IMG/VR virus record: IMGVR_UViG_3300009159_008968
Location: 1-64,000 of that record
Reading direction: 5' to 3' (one strand)
Length of the DNA stretch: 64,000 bases
Source: a virus
Numbering within the stretch: position 1 is the stretch's first letter; every line of letters begins with the position of its first letter. The translations under genes and the position numbers were made by a program. A model generated the notes under the pieces. It was not told the DNA's origin and made no database searches. It saw only the letters and a list, made by a program, of their open reading frames with translations. Positions 58,001 through 64,000 of this stretch are shown one piece after another.

Positions 58001-60738
58001 TCGTTTTGATTTTTATTTAATAAGTTGTTTCTGAAATCTAGTGCAAAATCATCCAGATCAATAATATTGGTTTGATTCTTTGCTAATAAATTTTTTCTTA
58101 TTAATTGTACATCTCTCTCAATTTCTAATTGATTTAATATTTGATTGGAACTTAAAAGATTGTTTCTAATTTCTTGAGCAGCTTTATCTAAATCAACTGT
58201 CTTAGTTTGATTTCTAACAAGTAAATTTTGTCTAATTGAATTATAATCAAGCCCTAATTCATTAATTATCTGATTTGATTTTAATAAATTATTTCTTGTG
58301 TCTACAGCCAGTTCATCTAAATCAATAATCTTAGTTTGGTTCTTTGCTAAAATACTAAGCCTGTAATTATCTGTATTTCTTTCTAAATCTGCTTCAGTCG
58401 CTACTTGATTAGATTTTAACAAATTATTTCTTTGCGTTTCCGCTTGTTTATCTAAGTCAAATAACTGTATTGAATTTTTTGCTACTAGGGTTAATCTTTG
58501 GTTAATTGCTAGTTGCTCAAGATTTACTGGTTCATTTTGATTTTTATTTAATAAATCATTTCTAAAGTTTACAGCAAATTGATCAAGATCAACTATTGTA
58601 GTTTGATTTCTAGCTAATAAATTTTTTCTTATACCATCAACATCATCTAAATTTGTTACTAATCCGACAATTTGATTATATTTTAAAATATTAGCTCTTT
58701 GAGTTTCTGCTAATTTATCTAAATCAAATTCTTTTATTTGATTTTTTGTTAATAAATTAAATCTTTGATTAATTGAAAGAATGTCAATGTTTATAAGATT
58801 ACTAACATTTTTAGAAATCAATCTATTTCTACTAGTTTCAGCCTCACTATCTAGATCAACAGATTTGGTTTGGTTTTTAGCCAAAATACCTAATCTTATT
58901 AAATCATAATTAACTTTATTCTCACTAACAATTTCATTCTTACTTAATAAATTATTTCTATTAGCTTCTGCTAATTTATCAAGGTCAAATAAATTATAAA
59001 CATTTTTAACTACAAGAGTTGATCTAACTTTTCCAGCAACTTCATCAAGAGAAAATTCTTCAATTTGATTTTTATTTAAAGAAGCCAATCTTATTTCACT
59101 AGATAATGCATCTAAATCAAAAAGTTGATTTTGATTCCTTGCTAATAAATTTTTTCTAACATCATCAAAATTCTTATCTTGTGGATCTATAATTTGATTT
59201 TTAGCAACTAATGTTGTCCTGATTCTATTAGCAACAACCTCAAGATTTTCTTTATTTAAATTTTCATTTTTAGCTAATAAATTAAGTCTTTGATTTATTG
59301 AAGTTTCGTCTAATATATTATTTGGACCACCTTCAAAAGTGTTTTTTGATAATAATGTATCTCTTATATCTTTTGCTAGAGCATCAACATCAAAAATATT
59401 TTTTAAATTTTTACTTAAAATTTTAAATCTAGCTTCAGTAGCTGTTTTTTCTAAATTATTTTCAGTAGTGTTCTCGTTTTTAGCAAGAGAATTATTACGA
59501 AATAATTCAGATTGCTTATCTAATAGACCATTTGATTCTGTATATATATTTCTTTTTAATAAATTAGATCTTTGATTAATTGATAAAAGATCAATGTTTA
59601 TTAAGTTAGAAAGATTCTTAGAAAGTAATTGGTTTCTTAATTCTTCAGTATTTTTTTCTAAATCTGCCGGAGGAACACTGTTTCTAGCTAACAAATTAAG
59701 TCTATATTGATCTTGCTTTGCTACCTCCTGTTCAACAGTAGAAGAAACTTGATTTGATTTTAATAGATTGTTTCTGTTACTTTCAGATAATTTATCTAAA
59801 TCAATTGTATTATAAATGTTTTTACTTAAAAGAGATAATCTTAGAGATGAATAATCTGTTGGATTTTTACCATTTAAAGAATTTTTACTTAAACTGGAAT
59901 TCCTTATATCTTCAGATAGTTTATCTAAATCTATTTCTCTTATTTCATTTTTAGCTAATAAACTATTTCTAACCACCACAAAATCGTTATCCATAACATT
60001 CTGAATAACTTGGTTTTTATTTAATAGTGTATTTCTTATTTCTTCTGAAGATTTATCAATATCATAAACTCCAAATTGAGAGTTTTTAGCTAATAAATTA
60101 TTTCTTTGATCATTTGATAAACTATCTAAAATTTGAGTATTGTTTTCAAATGTATTTTTCGCCAATAATCCACTTCTTATTTTTTCTGCAGCAATTTCTA
60201 CATCTACTAATGTGTTTAAATTTTTACTTAATAAATTAAACCTAGTAACATTAGCAGTTCTTTCAACACTATCTGGATTTACTATTTCATTTTTAGGTAA
60301 TAGATTTTGTCTGGCTAATGTAGCAGTTCTGTCTACTTTACCATATAATTGAGATTCATTTTTTGCTAATAAAGATAATCTAGTTTTTTCTGATAATTCC
60401 TCAAGATCTTGATTAGAATTTAATAAAATATTTTTTGAAATAAGATTTTCTCTAATTGTTTTTGATATTTCTTCTGTATCAGAAATATTTTGAACGTTTT
60501 TAGATAATAAAAGTGTTCTTAAATATTGAGAATTTTCATCTAAATTAGCAACAATTGATTGATTTTTGGCCAATAGATCCTTTCTTACCTTATAGGCATC
60601 ATATATATTTTTTGGAAAAGGGACATTTTTACTCAGTAACTGTTGTCTTACCGAATCTGTATATCCACCAAAAAACTCTTCAAATTTAGTCCTTTGCCTA
60701 CGTTCTTCTTCTGACTCAAAAGGAAAATCTTCAATCAT
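52072..60738 (-). CDS. 2888-aa repeat protein with a C-terminal tail-tube-initiator/baseplate-like domain
   Basis: About 2200 aa of ~22-aa repeats. C-terminal FFPPYIEKFSHNSQADWNEQFFLGRPEALYTYSKGSRKGTISFFIL and PPICKMKLGDW..VDYDY are typical of contractile-tail tube-initiator proteins. Confidence 0.65.
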   Translation of the reverse strand: MIEDFPFESEEERRQRTKFEEFFGGYTDSVRQQLLSKNVPFPKNIYDAYKVRKDLLAKNQSIVANLDENSQYLRTLLLSKNVQNISDTEEISKTIRENLISKNILLNSNQDLEELSEKTRLSLLAKNESQLYGKVDRTATLARQNLLPKNEIVNPDSVERTANVTRFNLLSKNLNTLVDVEIAAEKIRSGLLAKNTFENNTQILDSLSNDQRNNLLAKNSQFGVYDIDKSSEEIRNTLLNKNQVIQNVMDNDFVVVRNSLLAKNEIREIDLDKLSEDIRNSSLSKNSLNGKNPTDYSSLRLSLLSKNIYNTIDLDKLSESNRNNLLKSNQVSSTVEQEVAKQDQYRLNLLARNSVPPADLEKNTEELRNQLLSKNLSNLINIDLLSINQRSNLLKRNIYTESNGLLDKQSELFRNNSLAKNENTTENNLEKTATEARFKILSKNLKNIFDVDALAKDIRDTLLSKNTFEGGPNNILDETSINQRLNLLAKNENLNKENLEVVANRIRTTLVAKNQIIDPQDKNFDDVRKNLLARNQNQLFDLDALSSEIRLASLNKNQIEEFSLDEVAGKVRSTLVVKNVYNLFDLDKLAEANRNNLLSKNEIVSENKVNYDLIRLGILAKNQTKSVDLDSEAETSRNRLISKNVSNLINIDILSINQRFNLLTKNQIKEFDLDKLAETQRANILKYNQIVGLVTNLDDVDGIRKNLLARNQTTIVDLDQFAVNFRNDLLNKNQNEPVNLEQLAINQRLTLVAKNSIQLFDLDKQAETQRNNLLKSNQVATEADLERNTDNYRLSILAKNQTKIIDLDELAVDTRNNLLKSNQIINELGLDYNSIRQNLLVRNQTKTVDLDKAAQEIRNNLLSSNQILNQLEIERDVQLIRKNLLAKNQTNIIDLDDFALDFRNNLLNKNQNEPVDLEKLAINQRLTLVAKNSIKLFDLDKQAEIQRNNLLKSNQIIDESELEDQTNVFRNNLLAKNQNKTVDLDSEAETTRNKLISKNVSNLINIDTLSINQRANLLTKNQNKVVDLDKAAQEIRNNLLSSNQIVNQLELEKEIQVYRNNLLAKNQTNLINLDEQAEIQRLNLLKSNQYLDVVNKDLESENYRKELLAKNQSNFKGLDTESERLRNNLISKNVSNLIDIDILSINQRANLLSKNYYTEANGALDNLSETVRLPLLAKNQNFGDLNLDDVALPERTRLITKNLNKLIDLDSVGVTYRNQLLSKNTYDDTFNRILEDIAANPRKNLLAKNNENLSDELEIIARNTRTNLLVKNSNIKKIIDTTLDTNALEIRRNLLAKNEIVEANLELISLKARTNALSKNVNFEAINLDDKAYTIRQGLITKNIVNVADLDKLARFYRDNLLKANHENSTSVQTDELVLITRTNLLSKNRSKIVDLEFEAQLIRNNLIGKNLTNTIDIEKASITQREKLLSKNNYTEKNDLLDTQASEIRKTLVNKNEGTPINLDSQATKIRSNLVSKNQIKYFDLDNQANTIRYKLLTANSGKLIDLDKLGLEIRTVSLSKNETKIIDLDNISNDQRNNLLSKNEEARINLDSLSEQYRKLLLKSNEYKFFDLDLQAQTIRETLIGKNIEKSLNLDDLSAPNRVALLKFNQISLVDLDKDSVSLRNNLLAFNRAQFIDLDTLSVSQRQDLLSKNQTTLIDLDKTATVVRNNLVSKNIYGVIDLDKLAEIERTNLLGKNETKLFDLDAQAQAIRNNLVSFNQVQFVDLDAIALPIRVNAISRNNIKQIDLDATASEQRINILSKNIPTLIDLDGNAETLRRSLIVKNIPQFPDLDKAAEPYRKDLLTRNTQILAIDLDAIAASNRKDILQKNVASKIDIEGIALNSRNNLLGFNQPQFISLDNISAQPRLNALTSNQNIKNIDLDKIASRNREEILAKNNSIITQDLEKTANAARENLLSFNVPQFISLDKFSEPLRKNLLVANSKILVNDLDATAQPIREKLVGSNVIRLFDLDQLSASYRNDLISANVPSTINLDSLATSVRLNLFGFNVNTLLVDLDAQAQQERSLLLAKNVNTLLVNLDSQAQQERLSLLAKNVNTLLVDLDAEAAGIRSNLLAINQPQFVDLDAEAVNPRTNLLVKNVPSNIDLDIESVSPRNNLLAFNQAQFLDLDAVAAPIRTTLLSSNVPSNIDLDALANSERNALLANNIPSIIDLDNLVAPFRTNLLSSNQINQINLDALAQPQRDNLLSSNQPQFVSLDLEAQPIRESLLAKNDPDGFDLGVNVFIGGTSVFLGVSNLDINGAIIRALNKLKNQFIATLQSPDTDFPHWNLMGPSFNQNVKGNGEWVALAQQRQLEMNVMGLHGRRFGDIGASFYTAKGLGPGQYIPNYLANRVKGDKEATNSVPAQVINANKGLYLGNHAELILKPEIGLDGTPSTELGTSQSMMAQTNPTQQIEVDFRRHRRGVSNIINTIRNGGNSLLNQNYQSQKSREFVIGYDAFGAPKRAKQRYTIVNPYKGATSSKNLIFSIENLAIPDTSSDVKKMFFPPYIEKFSHNSQADWNEQFFLGRPEALYTYSKGSRKGTISFFILTDYAQKVDMGVNWNLYTTYQETFNDNFTETTISKDQINGVSIDNQLGAEIKSTKEQIIKLNEQLDVYNKKLNNPVNGETSDLTQKIEDLNNEKLALEAKQAELINKTEENIYTEQRKGFNNVYADLLNTGTVPDDRYGDVVSSLSKTADRLANMKKNLLFQPAFFSGSKVDFRNRVKFIEKLTKPAKNPSARSGFNFITPPICKMKLGDWIDHYVLFDSVDYDYKEGTWTLDSFGEEDGLVTDGVQPLMVAVTLGFKILGKYGASINPDIAPPLASDTDGFFGILAKTQDNPDDTLKKDNDIKPNEPVTGEPTPSSGTLITGLQPAQGFSSFGLFGK
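54040..60660 (-). repeat. Intragenic array of roughly 95-100 degenerate ~22-aa repeats (DLDxxAxxxRxxLLxKN)
   Basis: Read directly from the translation; the count is estimated from length divided by period. Confidence 0.8.
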
Positions 60739-60797
60739 TAATTATAGTTTAGTAATAAATATAAACTATAAAAAAAAACTGAATAAATAATGTAAAA

Positions 60798-63700
60798 TTA
60801 AGTTCTATTATAATTAGCTTCAACAATTAATTGTTGTAACTGTCTACCGTTCAATTTCAAATCAATTTGAATAGGTTTAATTTGTACAACTTGAACACCT
60901 CCACCAGAATTACCGCCACCTACATTATTTGCGCCAGTTCTTCCTGCAACATTTTCAGTTCTATTAACTGTAGGTTGTGCTATTGCACTTTGCTTTAATC
61001 TATTAGTTTGATCTGTTATAACTGGTTTTGGTGCATTTGCTACAGTTTTTAATCTTTCACTTTCTTTTGAGTAATTTGACATAGATTGTGTAGAAAGTGC
61101 AAAATTTGATGATAATCCTGTTAAAGATCTTCCTAGAACCCCAAATGTAGCAGCCATAGCTAGAATTCCCGGAGCTGCTAAAAGTCCTTTAAATCCAAAA
61201 TTTATAAGCGTACTAAGCAATCCATTAAGCGTTGGAAGAGCAGTTCCTATAATTGTCCATGGAATGCTTGCAAATGTTACAAAACCTATACTAGCTTTTT
61301 GTAATGATCTTCCTAATGTTGCTAAAGCCAAACTTGCTGAAAACAATAATGGAGCAACTAAACCTATTGATGAAAACTTTAATAAAGTAGGAGTCAAGCC
61401 ACCTAAAATTGGAGCAGATATCGCTAAACCTTTCAAATCTAACCTAGACACTGCAGCTAATGATCTAAAAATTCTAGATACACCAGCAGCAGCAATAATT
61501 GCAGGAACTATAAATGGAGTTATTACTGACCACAATGTAATTGCAGTTAACATATTTTTACCACTAGCACTTAAAGTTTCAGCTAATCCCACTATTGGTT
61601 TTGAATCAATAATAGCTATACTCAAAAGAATTCTGCTTAATTTTCTTAAACCATAAGCAGTTAATATTGCAGGAGCTATTGCAAATGTAATTGTAGCAAA
61701 CTTTAATAAAGATTTTAAAATAGGAGTTGATGTTGAACTTAGAGAAGTACTTATACTAGATAAATTTTTAACTTGAATTTGTTGAACCGAACTAAGTATT
61801 TTTGAAAGTTTAACTAGTGATTTTGCCGCTATAATAGCTGGTAAAATTGCTAAATTTATAGAACTTAATTTGATTAATCCTTTAAATATTTGACCTGATT
61901 CTTTATTTATTACACTTCCAATACTAGATAAACCCTTAGAAAGAGTAACTGGTATTTGATTTATTATTTTAGATAAAACAACTAATAATTTTGCTGCTAT
62001 AATAGCTGGTAATAACAAAATATTAGAAGATCCCAATTTAATTACACCTTTAAAAACATTTGAAGCATTTGAATTTAATACAGTTCCAATACTAGCTAAA
62101 TTTTTACTGTTTATTGGTAAAATTTGATTTATTAATTTTGAAATAGTAACTAAACCTTTTGCTGCAATAATAGCGGGTATAATAAATATAGATGCAAAAC
62201 CAATCTTTCTTACACCAGATGATAACGAACTTCCTGATGACGTTAAGCTCGTTCCTATATTAGTCAAAGTTTTTGAGTTTATAGGTGAAATATTTTTTAA
62301 TATATTACTTACTGTTGCTATTCCTTTTGCAGCTATAATAGCTGGTAATATAAACAATCCAGCTGTGGATAATTTCAATAAACCTTTTGTTATTGGACCA
62401 CTAACTGAATTAAGTGTATTTCCTACATTAGATAATAATTTGAAATTTACATCAGATGTAGATTTCAATAATTTTGTAATTAGAACCAATGAGGTTGCTG
62501 CAGTTATAGCCGGTATTGCAAATGTTCCTGCTAATCCTAGTTTTAATAAACCTTTAGCTATCGGACCACTTGCTGAATTGATGGCAGTTCCTATAGTCAC
62601 CAATTTAACCAAATTAATTGGTGAAGCTAAATTTAATAATTTGGTAATTGTAACCAATCCTATGGAACCAGCTATCGCTGGAACAGTTAAAATACTTATT
62701 CCAGAGAATTTCATTAATCCCATAAATAATTTACCAGCTGAACTAGAAAGTGCTGAACCTAATTTTATTAATTTTTCACCACTAACTAAACTTACTCTGC
62801 TTAAGAATGTAGATATTTTCATTACACCTGCAGACGCTGCAATTGCTGGTAAAACAAATAAAGAAATACCACTGAATTTAATTAATCCTTTAAGAATTGA
62901 TCCGGCTGTACTGTTTAACACAAAACCTATATTAAACATTTTTTTGAAATCTATACTTGTAGTTTTAGATAACAATTTAGTTACTACAATTAATCCTGTA
63001 GATGCAATTATTGCAGGTAATGTAAACACTCCAACTAGTGCTAATTTTGCTAATCCTTTTGCTATGGGACCACTTGTATTATTTAATGTCAAACCAATAT
63101 TTGACATTTTTTTCATATCTAAATTTGAAGATAAATTTAATAATCTTGTTACTACTACTAAACTTGCTGCAGCAGCAACTGCTGGTATAGCAACAAAACC
63201 TACTAATGCTAATTTAGCTAAACCTTTAGCAATAGCACCACTGGTACTATTTAAAGTAAAACCAATATTTGACAATTTTTTATAACTTAAATCAGAAGAT
63301 GTATTTAAAAATTTGGTAACAACAGAAATACTTTTAGCAGCTGCTATTGCCGGAATAGCAACTAAACTAACTAAAGATAATTTTGCTAAACCTTTAGCTA
63401 TAGGACCTGCAGTATTATTCAATGTAAAACCAATGTTTGACATTTTTCTATAACTAATATAGGAAGATTTATTTAATAATGTAGTTACTACAGCTAAACT
63501 AGCTGTTGCTGCAATTGCTGGTATTGCGTAGAATCCTACCAGTGCTAATTTTGCTAAACCTTTTGCAATTCTTCCACTAGTGCTTGATAATGTATAAGCT
63601 ATGTTAGACATTTTTTTGAAATCTAGTGGTATAGCACTTTTTAGAATATTAGTTATTTTGACTAAACCTAATGCAGCTGCAATTGCTGGAATAATAACTA

Positions 63701-64000
63701 GACCCATCGAAGCTAAAGCTCCAAATGACTTTTTCAACATTGGAGTAGTCATTGAAAGAGATAAAGCTATATTAGTAAGTTTATTAACATCAATCGGTGT
63801 AGTAGAAGCAAAATATTTTGTAATTTGATTTATACCTCTAGCAACTCCGATTGCAGGTAGAATTGTAAATGCAGAACCAGCTAATTTACCAAGAGAAAAA
63901 AAGAATGGTTTTGAAACATTTGAAAGTGTATCAGATAGCGTGATTAATGCTTTTTCTTTAATTGTAGAAACTGTTGCTAAGTATTTTGATATTTGATTTA
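60798..64000 (-). CDS. Tape-measure-like protein (N-terminus outside the window) with 56-aa repeats
   Basis: Frame stays open upstream of the listed Met at 63752 where checked; at least 14 PAI-containing 56-aa units; lies immediately upstream of the baseplate genes. Confidence 0.65.
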   Translation of the reverse strand, partial: NQISKYLATVSTIKEKALITLSDTLSNVSKPFFFSLGKLAGSAFTILPAIGVARGINQITKYFASTTPIDVNKLTNIALSLSMTTPMLKKSFGALASMGLVIIPAIAAALGLVKITNILKSAIPLDFKKMSNIAYTLSSTSGRIAKGLAKLALVGFYAIPAIAATASLAVVTTLLNKSSYISYRKMSNIGFTLNNTAGPIAKGLAKLSLVSLVAIPAIAAAKSISVVTKFLNTSSDLSYKKLSNIGFTLNSTSGAIAKGLAKLALVGFVAIPAVAAAASLVVVTRLLNLSSNLDMKKMSNIGLTLNNTSGPIAKGLAKLALVGVFTLPAIIASTGLIVVTKLLSKTTSIDFKKMFNIGFVLNSTAGSILKGLIKFSGISLFVLPAIAASAGVMKISTFLSRVSLVSGEKLIKLGSALSSSAGKLFMGLMKFSGISILTVPAIAGSIGLVTITKLLNLASPINLVKLVTIGTAINSASGPIAKGLLKLGLAGTFAIPAITAATSLVLITKLLKSTSDVNFKLLSNVGNTLNSVSGPITKGLLKLSTAGLFILPAIIAAKGIATVSNILKNISPINSKTLTNIGTSLTSSGSSLSSGVRKIGFASIFIIPAIIAAKGLVTISKLINQILPINSKNLASIGTVLNSNASNVFKGVIKLGSSNILLLPAIIAAKLLVVLSKIINQIPVTLSKGLSSIGSVINKESGQIFKGLIKLSSINLAILPAIIAAKSLVKLSKILSSVQQIQVKNLSSISTSLSSTSTPILKSLLKFATITFAIAPAILTAYGLRKLSRILLSIAIIDSKPIVGLAETLSASGKNMLTAITLWSVITPFIVPAIIAAAGVSRIFRSLAAVSRLDLKGLAISAPILGGLTPTLLKFSSIGLVAPLLFSASLALATLGRSLQKASIGFVTFASIPWTIIGTALPTLNGLLSTLINFGFKGLLAAPGILAMAATFGVLGRSLTGLSSNFALSTQSMSNYSKESERLKTVANAPKPVITDQTNRLKQSAIAQPTVNRTENVAGRTGANNVGGGNSGGGVQVVQIKPIQIDLKLNGRQLQQLIVEANYNRT

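Noticed and set aside
2880-63828. Antisense ORFs inside long genes (e.g. 2996-3256, 4452-4886, 31788-32120, 56702-57064, 61264-61656, 62365-63285)
   Set aside because: They are shadow frames opposite well-supported genes with biased codon usage or repeats.
1-64000. Stop-codon reassignment, as in some jumbo phages
   Set aside because: Genes up to 8.7 kb are intact under the standard code and coding density is high, with no fragmented ORFs.
1-64000. Bacterial chromosome rather than phage
   Set aside because: Tail/baseplate genes, a T4-like replication set, dense short hypothetical genes and the absence of housekeeping operons indicate a phage.

Overview
The window is an AT-rich, mostly minus-strand segment of a large (jumbo-type) contractile-tailed phage, very probably infecting Bacteroidota. 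Host evidence: TTG-N19-TAnnTTTG promoters, A-rich starts without an obvious Shine-Dalgarno site, and a Bacteroidota-type NrdJ. Coding content: nucleotide metabolism (IMPDH/GMP-reductase family, class II RNR with an HNH intein), replication/recombination (DnaB-like helicase, 5'-3' exonuclease, RecA/UvsX, divergent PolA, SNF2 helicase, PD-(D/E)XK nuclease), a lysis cassette (GH19, amidase), many small putative head proteins, and a tail/baseplate block (1804-aa hub-lysin, LysM-like protein, 2888-aa repeat protein, tape-measure protein cut by the window edge). The standout is a ~2.1-kb GC-richer non-coding island (19485-21616) laid out like an rRNA operon on the minus strand: three tandem host-type promoters, boxA-like elements, a ~850-nt structured RNA, a tRNA-like spacer, another boxA, a second paralogous ~860-nt structured RNA (GOLLD-like by size and context, family not verified), and an intrinsic terminator. 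All family assignments come from motif recognition only; no database search was run.
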